64,000 nt of DNA from Myxococcota bacterium. Its GTDB lineage: Bacteria; Myxococcota_A; Polyangia; Nannocystales; Nannocystaceae. The position numbers and the translations under genes were made by a program. Positions 29,901 to 38,416 of this stretch are shown here, piece by piece. The DNA lies in assembly GCA_039028615.1 (NCBI GenBank), contig JBCCHT010000023.1, positions 96,001 through 160,000 on the forward strand, given 5' to 3'. The notes beneath the pieces were generated by a model. It saw only the letters and a program-made list of their open reading frames with translations, searched no databases and was not told where the DNA came from. Numbering within the stretch: position 1 is the first letter of the stretch; every line of letters begins with the position of its first letter.

Positions 29901-30428
29901 AGCTACATCGGTGTCGTCGGCACCCCGCGCCTGGCCGACGACCCCGCCGATCACATCCGCGGCTGGGACTTTCGGATCCGCGGCTTCACCCGCCCCCACG
30001 TGCAGTTCGGCTTCGACTTCAACCGCCAGGTGTGGCGGGCCCCCTCCAGCCCCCGGCAGACGAACCTCAACGTCAACCGCATGGAGTTCGTGTTCGGCGT
30101 CGACGTGCTGCCCCTGCCCTACGACTGGCGGGTGCGACCGGCGTTGGTGCCCTACGCGGGCCTCGGCCTGGCGTGGGGCAAGGTCCGCGACACCGCCCCC
30201 GACTCCTTCTCCCGCAGCGACGACCTCGTGGGCGGAGCCGGGGCGACCTTCGGCAGCGACTTGATCCTCTTCATCCGCCTCGGCGACCGCTTCCTGGTCG
30301 GCCTGCGCGGAGGCATCAGCAAGCCACTGTACCGACTCCGTGCGGGCGGCGAGCGCTTGGACTTCGACGACGAATTTCCCCGAGCCCTGCGCTGGCAGGT
30401 GGGGCTCGACTTTGGAGCAACCCCATGA
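26910..30428 (+). CDS. Exported TPR-CHAT (caspase-like) protease with C-terminal beta-barrel-like domain
   Basis: Signal peptide ending ADA, TPRs, SPDGMLNLLP, catalytic HIATHG and VLSACETG, SLWQVDD, HPFYWAAF. Then about 190 aa of alternating aromatic strands ending WQVGLDF. Confidence 0.88.
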   Translation: MLKGLVHAAFGAWLFMAGASVADARTTTAPTNEEIEDAVEHAALALGNYENNDWEAAAEHGQAALEVLGPRFGWDEPKVVQPVLALTIDSLMKLGRNAEADVLIAKLKATQAAKPKPTPEPSSAPAPEPEPKESALDQANRLATEAFLAFVQGRNDEARDKGQRAVTELESLDPDAKSLPQMRSLLAILYERRLEYGKAEALLEANLAKAHASGDTVAQARWTDALARTALKQGKADEAEDGFGRALELGREADDLASQADAVGGLGDVASFREQSTQAIAEYRRALAMHERRRDFGASHLVSPLHDLGVALELAGQFEESEAVLTRAQAIATRSFGADTPATWSTAMSLGRLYRSKGDHDRAVKLFEDTLTAQEAKLPPTSPGIAASLNHLAETMWARGDAPPRIVGLATRAAEIHEREMTTVLRSGTEGQKRAYLERYQSGTDRIISYAVRDASTDPGAVRLGATTVIRRKGRLLDAVSDQFALLRSRADDDTRAKLDRLAEVQAQISALALRGPDENLDAAAHTELSNQLRAELEQLDDALADVVPPDERSTVQLEDVARRLGSDEALVEFVLYRPFDVQYKSMLTAFGTEHYAAFVVHGDGSTAVVDLGEAARIDEAVVAYRRALADPRTEPERIGRQLHGWLMAKIEPALGGKTTVYVSPDGMLNLLPLAALVDADRRYLVERYQFTYLSSGRDLLRLARSELPREGPLLVGSPEFSHAGGTTSTGTRSVGLADLIFPPLPGTAAELDALAKVLPNASVRREDEATESAIKQAQGPLVLHIATHGFFLADERAGTEGTRGVTYVKGDFVPPSKAENPLIRSGLALAGANLRTGPDGQDGILTALELASTDLHGTELVVLSACETGVGEVRNGDGVYGLRRALVIAGSRSQIMSLWQVDDEATRDLMTKFYRRLDRGKGRSEALRSVQRKMLRNKATAHPFYWAAFIPSGDPGSMKLKAPKPQPPRPGKVGGSGELRDYWSDRFDEPMMLFGGSYIGVVGTPRLADDPADHIRGWDFRIRGFTRPHVQFGFDFNRQVWRAPSSPRQTNLNVNRMEFVFGVDVLPLPYDWRVRPALVPYAGLGLAWGKVRDTAPDSFSRSDDLVGGAGATFGSDLILFIRLGDRFLVGLRGGISKPLYRLRAGGERLDFDDEFPRALRWQVGLDFGATP

Positions 30429-31447
30429 CGCGACTTCTCTGCATCGCATGCGCGGCCCTGCTGCTGACCGCGTGCAAGACCACCGACGAGCCCCACGCGC
30501 CCAGCAACGACGTGACCTGCCCCGATGGCACGCTCCGCCCCCAGATCGACTGCCGCCAGGACGTCGGGCTCAAGGGCAAGGTCGTCGACGCCAACGCTTC
30601 GCTGGGCAATATCGGCCTCGGCTTGGGTGCATCGTACGAAGAGGGCGCGGTCGGAGAGGTGACCGACTCGACCTATCAGCTCGCGCTCCAGCTCGAGTCG
30701 CTGTGCAAGGACTACAACGCCTGCGTGATGGATCCGTCCGGGTATCAGGCGGCGTCGTCGGAGATCCGCCGCCAGCTCTCCGATCACGTGCGCTTGGTGG
30801 GTCGACTCGAGGGCACGGGGAGCTCGGCCGAGACCGGTGACGCGGTCTGGGCCAACGCACGGCCCGACCTCGCGTCGCAGCGAATCGCAGTGGACTACCG
30901 CATCGAAGCCGCCAAGGGCGGCACCTCGCAGACGATCATCCACCGCAGCGGCGATCGCCTCACCGCGGGGGACGGCTTCCGCGTGGTGCTGCGACCTTCA
31001 ACCACCGCCCACGTCTATGTGCTGCTGCTGTCGAGCCAAGGCGATGCGACCGTGCTCTATCCCGATCCCACCATGGGCATGCCCAACCCGATGAACGCGG
31101 GCACGGAGGTCGCCATCCCGCCCGACGGTTGGTTCGTGCTCGATGCGGCGCCCGGCACCGAGACGGTGCAGGTGCTGGTCTCCAAGACCCCGCTCACCGA
31201 CCTCGAGACGCGGCTGGCCGAGCTTCGCAGCGGCAAGAAGCAGGAGCCCAAGGGCGTGCTCGAGCGAGTGGGCACGCTGCTGTGTCCGCCCAAGGGCAAG
31301 CGAGGGGTGAAGTACACGAAGACGTCTGCGAGCTGCGATGGTCAGACGCACCGAGGGGTCGTCTACAAGAAGACCAAGCAGCCGCGGATCGCCGCCGTGC
31401 CCGGAGACGACCTGGTGGTGCTCCAGCATGTCGTCGAGCACGGCTAG
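30425..31447 (+). CDS. DUF4384-like lipoprotein
   Basis: ATGA overlap with the CHAT gene, lipobox LTAC, GDGFRVVL..AHVYVL..G....LYP, and WFVLD..PGTETV. Confidence 0.8.
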   Translation: MTRLLCIACAALLLTACKTTDEPHAPSNDVTCPDGTLRPQIDCRQDVGLKGKVVDANASLGNIGLGLGASYEEGAVGEVTDSTYQLALQLESLCKDYNACVMDPSGYQAASSEIRRQLSDHVRLVGRLEGTGSSAETGDAVWANARPDLASQRIAVDYRIEAAKGGTSQTIIHRSGDRLTAGDGFRVVLRPSTTAHVYVLLLSSQGDATVLYPDPTMGMPNPMNAGTEVAIPPDGWFVLDAAPGTETVQVLVSKTPLTDLETRLAELRSGKKQEPKGVLERVGTLLCPPKGKRGVKYTKTSASCDGQTHRGVVYKKTKQPRIAAVPGDDLVVLQHVVEHG

Positions 31448-31977
31448 CCTGGCCAGATGTAGCCGCCGTCCGAGCTGCTGTACCCGTCGTTCCGCCACGG
31501 GTTGTCCCCCGCGCGATACGACGCGGCCATCCAGATGACGCCGAGTACGGGCAGCAGCCACACCGCGGCGAGTTGCTTGCCGCGATCGGTGGCGTCGAGG
31601 CATCGCTCGCGGAGGATCCGGGCGGTCACCACCACGTTGCCGAGCACGTGCACCACCAAGGTCAGCCCGCCGAAGACGGACGGGAACTGCTCGGGGGTCC
31701 ACTGCAGCACCCACAGACCGGCGGCGAAACAGGCGAGGCCGATGCCCCAGCGGGTGCGGCCGGCCTCCCCCGGCATGCACAGACGAACGCCACCGAGGGC
31801 AATGGCGAGGACGGCCGCGGCCCACAGCACCACGCTCACCGCCTGTCCTGCTTCGGTCTCGAGCCCCCACTGCAAGCCCGCGCCGAGACTGAACACCAGG
31901 ACACTGACCAAACCCAGTGCCACGCTGGCCAGCCCGAATGCACGCATGAGGTCGCGGTAGTAGTTTCGCCGGTTCAA
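31444..31977 (-). CDS. Hypothetical membrane protein
   Basis: About five hydrophobic segments. Start is 31977 or 31947. Confidence 0.6.
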   Translation of the reverse strand: MNRRNYYRDLMRAFGLASVALGLVSVLVFSLGAGLQWGLETEAGQAVSVVLWAAAVLAIALGGVRLCMPGEAGRTRWGIGLACFAAGLWVLQWTPEQFPSVFGGLTLVVHVLGNVVVTARILRERCLDATDRGKQLAAVWLLPVLGVIWMAASYRAGDNPWRNDGYSSSDGGYIWPG

Positions 31978-32116
31978 CTCGTTGGGCTACCCGGCGTACG
32001 CATCGCTCATTCCGCGATTCGGGCCCGCCACCGGGCCGGGCTGGGTGATCCCCCCACTGCACGAAACTGACACCGATTGAAATCGACACTGTATTCTATG
32101 ACGCGAGACTCTTCGG

Positions 32117-34072
32117 ATGGTGATGGAGGACGACGGTACGGACGACACGCCCCTCGGTGACGAAGAGCGTCCCGCACAGACGGACCCACCCGTCGACGAG
32201 TCGGAGCCCTCCCCTGAAGACGAGCAAGCAGGGCCGGAGCCGGAAGCGGAACCAGAGCCAGAGGCCGACCACCCGAACTTCCTCCACCGCCTGGGACTCC
32301 GACACGAGCGTCGGCAGGCCAACGGGTGCGTCCTCGTCAACAATACCGGGCGTCGCATCGGCGTCTGCCCGAGCCCCAAGCACGGGCCCAAGTGCTCGCC
32401 CTTCAAGCACCAGCTCCACGGGCACCTCGTGCTCGCGCCCTTCGGCGAACGCCAGCTGGCCGAGCACGAGGTCGAAGGCTTCGACACCGAGCCATGGGAG
32501 GTTCGCAACCTCATCGAGATTTCCAAGGCCTCCGATCAGAACGAGGAGCACCAAGAGCGACGGCGCATCGCGTACATGGCCTTCGTGCGGCTGTGGATCC
32601 TCGCCGGGCTGGTGTTCCTGGGCCTCGAGGTCCCGTGGCTCGGCTCGACGACGTGGTACTGGCTGGTGCTCGCCGGGATCGTGCTCGGCCTGAGTTCATC
32701 GTTTGCCGAGATCCCCGCGGCCCGGGTCTGGGCTGCACGTGCCGCGAGCTTCTGGGTCACGCTCACCATCGGCGTGGGGCTGCCGCTGGCCGGCGACTGG
32801 CTGGTCGGCGGCGGCGTAGCGATCTTCAGCGAGCCCCCCGAGCTGCTGGTGGGGCGCATGGTTCAGCTCATCTTCGTGAGCATCGCCGCCGTGCTGCCCG
32901 CCATGCTCTACTACCTCTTCGATCGCCAGCAGGTCGGCACCCTGCGCGAGTCGTTCTTTCGCAACGTCATCGAGCTCGAGCCGAAGATCCTGACCATCGA
33001 AGACGCCAAGAGCGCCTACGGAGGCATGGTCGCCGAGGTCTACGGCAGCGAGGCGGATGCCGATCCGCACGTACGCTTCACCGCGAGCAGCCGGCTCCCC
33101 ATCCTCATCGCCACGCTCGCGCTGACCTCGGGTTGGCTGCTCGTGCTGCCTCCGCTCGCCCGCCCCGAGGCGGACCTGCTGCTGCTGCCCACGCCCACCC
33201 CGGTGAGCTTCGGATTCCTCGGCGCCTACTTCTTCTCCATCGGGATGATCGTCCGCCGCTACACGCGGTCCGACCTCAAGCCGAAGACCTACGGCCACGT
33301 CACCGTGCGCCTGTTGCTGACGGTGGTCCTGGTGTGGGCGCTGTCCGCCCTGCCGCTGTGGACCGACGCGGCCCCCGGGGGCGCCAGCCCCTACCTGCTG
33401 GCGCTGTCGTTCATGGTCGGCATCGTGCCCGACACCGGCCTGATGGTGATTCGTCGCTTCCTCAACACCACGCTGCTGAAGGTGCGCATCGACTCCATGC
33501 ACGAGCGCCTGCCCCTGAGTCGTCTCGATGGCATCACGCTGTACGAGCAAGCCCGGCTCGCCGAAGAAGGCATCGAGGACGTTCAGAACCTCGTGTACTA
33601 CCACCTGGTCGAGCTGGTGCTGCAGACCCGGATCCCGCTGTATCGGCTGATCGACTGGGTCGACCAGGGCATCCTCATCATGCACCTGGGCTCGTCCAAG
33701 GACCTCGAGACCCTGCGCGCCCACGGCATTCGCAACGCGTCCGATCTGAACGCCGCCAACGAAGCCGCGCGGCGACGCGGCAAGACCGACGACTTCTTGG
33801 CGCTGCTCGGCAAGGCGGAGGGCTCGGACCTCAACCGGCTCCAGATCGTCTACGACGCCCTGCAGAACGACGAGTGGTTCGAGAACATCCTGCTGTGGCG
33901 CGAGCGGGCACGCCTGCCGGGTGAGCATGTCTTCACCCTCGAGGAGATGTTCCTGTCGCACCGCGAGATCCTCCAGACGATCGGCATCTCGCACACCACC
34001 CTCGCCGCCCGAAAGGCGAACTCCAGCGGTGCCCCGCCGCGCGAGCTGGACGTCGTCAAGGGCGGCGCGTAG
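32117..34072 (+). CDS. Multi-pass membrane protein of unknown function with HhH-like C-terminal region
   Basis: Acidic N-terminus, about eight TMs, FGFLGAYFF, and LSRLDGITLYEQARLAEEGI. Confidence 0.75.
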   Translation: MVMEDDGTDDTPLGDEERPAQTDPPVDESEPSPEDEQAGPEPEAEPEPEADHPNFLHRLGLRHERRQANGCVLVNNTGRRIGVCPSPKHGPKCSPFKHQLHGHLVLAPFGERQLAEHEVEGFDTEPWEVRNLIEISKASDQNEEHQERRRIAYMAFVRLWILAGLVFLGLEVPWLGSTTWYWLVLAGIVLGLSSSFAEIPAARVWAARAASFWVTLTIGVGLPLAGDWLVGGGVAIFSEPPELLVGRMVQLIFVSIAAVLPAMLYYLFDRQQVGTLRESFFRNVIELEPKILTIEDAKSAYGGMVAEVYGSEADADPHVRFTASSRLPILIATLALTSGWLLVLPPLARPEADLLLLPTPTPVSFGFLGAYFFSIGMIVRRYTRSDLKPKTYGHVTVRLLLTVVLVWALSALPLWTDAAPGGASPYLLALSFMVGIVPDTGLMVIRRFLNTTLLKVRIDSMHERLPLSRLDGITLYEQARLAEEGIEDVQNLVYYHLVELVLQTRIPLYRLIDWVDQGILIMHLGSSKDLETLRAHGIRNASDLNAANEAARRRGKTDDFLALLGKAEGSDLNRLQIVYDALQNDEWFENILLWRERARLPGEHVFTLEEMFLSHREILQTIGISHTTLAARKANSSGAPPRELDVVKGGA

Positions 34073-34080
34073 CGGCTCGC

Positions 34081-34253
34081 GGAGCGCAACGACAGTGGTC
34101 GTTCGACCACTCGCTCGCCGCTCGGGGCGCGGCGCATTTTCGGTCGCAGGCGGCGGTTCCCGGGCGAATCGCCCGCTGTGGCACGATTGGCGCGAGGGCG
34201 TTTTCGTCCCCCCGAGGCCCCGCCTACGGTCGAACGACCACTGTCGGCGCTCC
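34081..34253. repeat. About 170-bp intergenic element bounded by long inverted repeats (MITE-like or structured RNA)
   Basis: Perfect 19-bp IR cgacagtggtcgttcgacc (34090-34108) with 34228-34246, extended by ggagcgc/gcgctcc. Confidence 0.6.
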
Positions 34254-34296
34254 ACCTCGCTCGACCATAGTCGATGGCACCTGGAGCGTTTCCCCA

Positions 34297-34752
34297 ATGA
34301 GTATCCGTAGTATCGCCGCCACGTCATCCGCCCTTCTCATCTCGCTCGCCGTGCTCGGCTCGGCCTGTGACACCACCGAAGATTCGACCGGAGACGACAG
34401 CCTCCGTCACATCCACTTCGAAGCCACCGAGGTCAACGACATCCTCGCCGAGCATCCCGACACCAAGTTCCTCGTCGATCTGCGCGAAGGCAACGTCGTG
34501 CACTTCGACCAAGAGGGCGAGGACTTCGATCTTTCCGCCTTCGAGGCGATCTGCCCCTCGATGCCCGCCCCCATTCCCTTCACCGACATGCTCGAGTCGC
34601 TCGATCTCGAGGTCGATGACGAGTCCGCGTGGTCGATGCGCTCGGAGCTGACCGAGACGAACGACTTCCGCTTCATGGGTGGCTGCGGCGGCGGTGAGCT
34701 CGTGTGCAACTGGTGGGGCCTCGACTGCATCTTCATCGAGACCGCCTGCTGA
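34297..34752 (+). CDS. Small acidic lipoprotein with Cys/Trp-rich tail
   Basis: Lipobox GSAC; ends DFR-FMGGCGGGELVCNWWGLDCIFIETAC. Confidence 0.7.
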   Translation: MSIRSIAATSSALLISLAVLGSACDTTEDSTGDDSLRHIHFEATEVNDILAEHPDTKFLVDLREGNVVHFDQEGEDFDLSAFEAICPSMPAPIPFTDMLESLDLEVDDESAWSMRSELTETNDFRFMGGCGGGELVCNWWGLDCIFIETAC

Positions 34753-34790
34753 GATGCACGTCCCGTCGGCATAGGTCGCGACGGGTCACC

Positions 34791-34836
34791 GAGGCCGGGC
34801 CTCACCGCATGAGTGAGCTCCGGCCTCTTCATTTTC
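34791..34836 (+). terminator. Putative intrinsic terminator
   Basis: gaggccgg..ctcac / gtgag..ccggcctc stem followed by ttcattttc. Confidence 0.45.
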
Positions 34837-35007
34837 GAAGGCCGACGTCTTACACGGTTCTTACCCGGACGCCCGGCCGCGAATTGCGGTGCTAGGTTGC
34901 TCGAAGCTCGGCGATGTGCCGGGCCTCGTCGAACAACAGGAGTGACGGCCACGGTGCCGCCTGCCCGAGGATTCTCGGGAGGCATCACCGATGTCGGCCG
35001 GATCTCG

Positions 35008-36570
35008 ATGCATCTCGAGCGAAACGACACCGTGCAACCATTGAACGCCCCCGCCCGTATTCTCCTCGGACTCGCCCCCATCGCTGCCCTCGGCCTCGTC
35101 GCCGCAGCTCCGGGCACCTCGTCCGCCTACATCGTCGATCAGACCAACGACTCTCCCAGCGTCACGCCCATCGATTGCAGCGTCTGCGAGTCCGTCGCAG
35201 GTGGCTGCACCCTGCGTGCCGCCGTCGAGACCGCCAATGCCTGCAACGTGCTGCCGACGCTCGACGATCGGATCGACTTCGACACCTCCGCGCCCATCCT
35301 GCTGACGATCCCGGGCTCGGGCACCAGCAGCGCCGCCACCGGGGACCTCGACGTCACCTCGCCTCTCGTCGTGAGCGCGCCCGCCCAGCAATTCGTCATG
35401 CAGACGGCCATGGACCGCATCTGGGATGTGCACGCGCCGCTCACCCTGGAGAACATCAACACCCAGGACGGGATGGGTACCGACGACGGCGGGTGCCTGC
35501 GCAACGACTCCGGCTCCCTGCTCACCCTCACCAACAGCAGCTTCTGGTACTGCAACGCCGACAACAATGGCGGAGCGGTCTACTCCGATGGCCCCGTGAT
35601 CTTCGACGGTGGCGTGGTGGCGCATAGCCGCGCGGGCAACAACGGCGGTGGGATCTTCGTGATCAACGCCGACGCGGACATCTTCGCCAACGTCATCAGC
35701 AAAAACATGGCGGACAACAACGGCGGGAACGTGTTCCTGTGGGAGTCGGGCAGCAACGTCATCACCGCCAACATCGCCGTGCCCGAGCTCAGCCGCGGAT
35801 ACGCGGCCGCCGGCCATGGGGGCAGCCTCTACACCACGCTCAGTCAGACCTTCATCGACGACACCAACATCGAGCGCAGCACCGCCGAGCGGCACGGGGG
35901 CGGCATCTATAGCGGCACGGGCATGCTGACCATCCACGACTCGGCGATCTTCGACAACGAGAGTCGCAGCTCGGGTGGTGGCATCAGCAAGCGCGAGGGC
36001 GACATGCTGCTGCGCTACGCCGCCGTCTACGGCAACGATGCCGAGCACAGCGGCGGCGCCATCGAGCTGTGGGCCCGCAACGGACGGTGGGCCAACGCCT
36101 CCCTGGAGAACGTGACCATCGGCCAAAACACCGCCGACTATCAGGGTGGTGCCGTGCTCTTGGCGCGCGACACTGGCATCGAGCTGCATTCGGTGACCAT
36201 GGTCGACAACGTCGCGGGCAGCTACGCGGGAGGCATCGCCGCGACCAGCAACTCGTACGGCGCTCGCATCAACCGCGTGGCCATGTCCGGCAACGCCGCG
36301 CCCGTGGGGCCCGACTGCACAGGTGACGTCGAGATGTTCCCGGGCACCGAGAGCCTCGTCTCGGACACCAGCGGATGCAACGTCATGGGAAGCGGCGCGT
36401 ATCTCAATCTGCCGCTCCAGCACACCACGAGCGGTTTTGGCCTCAGCTACCACGCCGCGCTGCTCCCGGGCAGCCCCGCGCTCGATGTACCGGGCGTGTG
36501 CCTGCCCGACGATCAATTCCACACCCCGCGCTCGCCCACGCTGTGCGAGCTGGGGGCCTTCGAGCAATAG
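35008..36570 (+). CDS. CSLREA-like / choice-of-anchor Q beta-helix exported protein
   Basis: CTLRAAVETAN, GGAV/GGGI repeats, C-terminal LLPGSPALD..DQ....R....CELGAFE. Start is 35008 or 35032. Confidence 0.85.
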   Translation: MHLERNDTVQPLNAPARILLGLAPIAALGLVAAAPGTSSAYIVDQTNDSPSVTPIDCSVCESVAGGCTLRAAVETANACNVLPTLDDRIDFDTSAPILLTIPGSGTSSAATGDLDVTSPLVVSAPAQQFVMQTAMDRIWDVHAPLTLENINTQDGMGTDDGGCLRNDSGSLLTLTNSSFWYCNADNNGGAVYSDGPVIFDGGVVAHSRAGNNGGGIFVINADADIFANVISKNMADNNGGNVFLWESGSNVITANIAVPELSRGYAAAGHGGSLYTTLSQTFIDDTNIERSTAERHGGGIYSGTGMLTIHDSAIFDNESRSSGGGISKREGDMLLRYAAVYGNDAEHSGGAIELWARNGRWANASLENVTIGQNTADYQGGAVLLARDTGIELHSVTMVDNVAGSYAGGIAATSNSYGARINRVAMSGNAAPVGPDCTGDVEMFPGTESLVSDTSGCNVMGSGAYLNLPLQHTTSGFGLSYHAALLPGSPALDVPGVCLPDDQFHTPRSPTLCELGAFEQ

Positions 36571-36613
36571 CGCTCCCGGGCCGTACTCCCTCGGCCCGTG
36601 GCGACTTTGGTCG

Positions 36614-37345
36614 TCACGGGTCGATGCCGTAGAGGCGGTTGAGCGCCGCGGCGATCGCTTGCTTCTGTTCGTCGTTGTACTCGATCGCTGCTTCGTTGTC
36701 GGAGTCCACGCTGCCGCAGACGCCCGTGAACGCGCCCGAGCCCAGCTTGGCGTCGCATGCATCGCGGATGTCGCTGGGGATGGCAAAGGGCGCGACGCCG
36801 TAGTCCTTGGCCTCGAAGCGCAGGTGCTCGTGGAGCCCGTGGGCGATGGCGAGCGCGTCGGCGTGGGGGATGCTGTTGATGACGCCAACGTTGGCCCGCC
36901 CGCCGCAGAGGGTGTACCGACGCAGGAGCTCGGCGAGCGCATCGTTGCCCTCGCATACGCTCGCCACCGTGCTGCTGCCGTCGGGGCGCGGGATGATGAA
37001 CGCCTTGCCGTTGCCGCCGTCGAAGACGCGCCAGTACTCGCGCTCGAGGACGGGCGAGCAGTCCATCAGCCAGGCGTGGCCAGCCGCGGCGTGATATCCG
37101 GGGCGGCTGCCGTCACCGGGCGCCGTGCAATCGCGCTTGGGTGGGGGGCTGACACTGTCGGTAGAATCGGGGCCGGGCGCAGCAGGCGGGAGCGCTTCGG
37201 GACCGGGCTGAGACCCCGGCGACTCGGCCGGGGCCTCGGGTCGAGCCGCGGCCGGCTTCTCTGCTCCATCCGCCTTCGTGTTGTGGCATCCCGCGGGGAG
37301 AACGGAAGTCAGCGCCAGGAAACAACCGAAGGAGTGCCACCGCAT
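36614..37345 (-). CDS. Hypothetical lipoprotein
   Basis: Signal peptide with PAGC, Pro-rich linker, Cys-containing domain. Confidence 0.65.
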   Translation of the reverse strand: MRWHSFGCFLALTSVLPAGCHNTKADGAEKPAAARPEAPAESPGSQPGPEALPPAAPGPDSTDSVSPPPKRDCTAPGDGSRPGYHAAAGHAWLMDCSPVLEREYWRVFDGGNGKAFIIPRPDGSSTVASVCEGNDALAELLRRYTLCGGRANVGVINSIPHADALAIAHGLHEHLRFEAKDYGVAPFAIPSDIRDACDAKLGSGAFTGVCGSVDSDNEAAIEYNDEQKQAIAAALNRLYGIDP

Positions 37346-37519
37346 CGTCGAACCATACCGCGAGGCACTCCCGCGCGCCGTGGTGCAAATGCGCCGAACT
37401 GCCAGCGCGCGAAGGCTCGCGTGGCCGCACTAGCACGGCGCTCCCAGGGCGTCGATTGACCACGGGGTCAGCATTCCCGAGGTGCTGCGACTCCGTTGGT
37501 GGCGAATAGTCAGCGATGG

Positions 37520-38416
37520 ATGCATGCCTTCGCCCGCCTCCGTGCCCCCGACGGAGCCGCCCACACGCTGTCGCACGGAGACTTCATCGGTCGTCTGGAA
37601 CGCGCGGCGCTGGCCATCGACGACGGTCGGGTCAGCGAGGCCCATGCGATGGTGAGCCTGCGTGAGCGTGAGCTCCGGCTGATCGCGCTGAGAGGCATGT
37701 TTGCCCTCCGCGGCAGCCCGACGCGAGAACTTGCGCTGAAAAGAGGCCAGCGGATCGAGCTGGCGACCGGCTTGTTCGTCGAGGTCGAAGAGGTGGCGCT
37801 GCCCACCGAGGTGCTGGGCATCGAGGGGCCCGGCCTGCCGCGACAGATGCTGCCCCCGGTCGCGTCGATCCTCGATGGGCCCCGCCCGCAGGTCGCCGCG
37901 GGCTGGCTGCCCGACGCGGCGGTGCACGTGTGGACCACGGGGCGCGGCTGGAGCCTGCGCGATGGCCAGAGGACCCATCGGCTCGACCCCGGGACTCGTC
38001 ACGCGTTCGGTGAACACACGCTCGATTTCGTCGCGGTGCCCCTGGCCGCCGCGAGTGGCTCACCGACTCGACGCAAGGGCGGGGTCGACGAGCCGCTGGC
38101 CCTCGTGGCGAGCTTCGACTCGGTGCACGTGCGGCGAGCGGGCGGTGAACAAGTGGTGCTCATGGGGCAGCGCGCCCGGGTGATCTCCGAACTCGTGGCC
38201 ATGGGTGGCCCGGTGAGCTGGGAAGTGCTGGCGGGAGAAGTGTGGCCCGGCCATCCCGACGTGGCCCGGCTGCGGGGGCGCCTGGACACCTGTCTGACGC
38301 GGCTGCGCCGTCAGCTACGAGAGGGCGGCATCCGAACCGACCTCGTACGCATGGATGGCTCGGGTCGGGTCGAGCTGCTGCTCTACGCTCACGACACCGT
38401 CGACGACCGCACATGA
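37520..38416 (+). CDS. FHA-like + winged-helix regulator
   Basis: FHA signature FIGR......IDDGRVSEAHA; C-terminal wHTH VSWEVLAGEVWP..LDTCLTRLRRQL. Confidence 0.7.
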   Translation: MHAFARLRAPDGAAHTLSHGDFIGRLERAALAIDDGRVSEAHAMVSLRERELRLIALRGMFALRGSPTRELALKRGQRIELATGLFVEVEEVALPTEVLGIEGPGLPRQMLPPVASILDGPRPQVAAGWLPDAAVHVWTTGRGWSLRDGQRTHRLDPGTRHAFGEHTLDFVAVPLAAASGSPTRRKGGVDEPLALVASFDSVHVRRAGGEQVVLMGQRARVISELVAMGGPVSWEVLAGEVWPGHPDVARLRGRLDTCLTRLRRQLREGGIRTDLVRMDGSGRVELLLYAHDTVDDRT

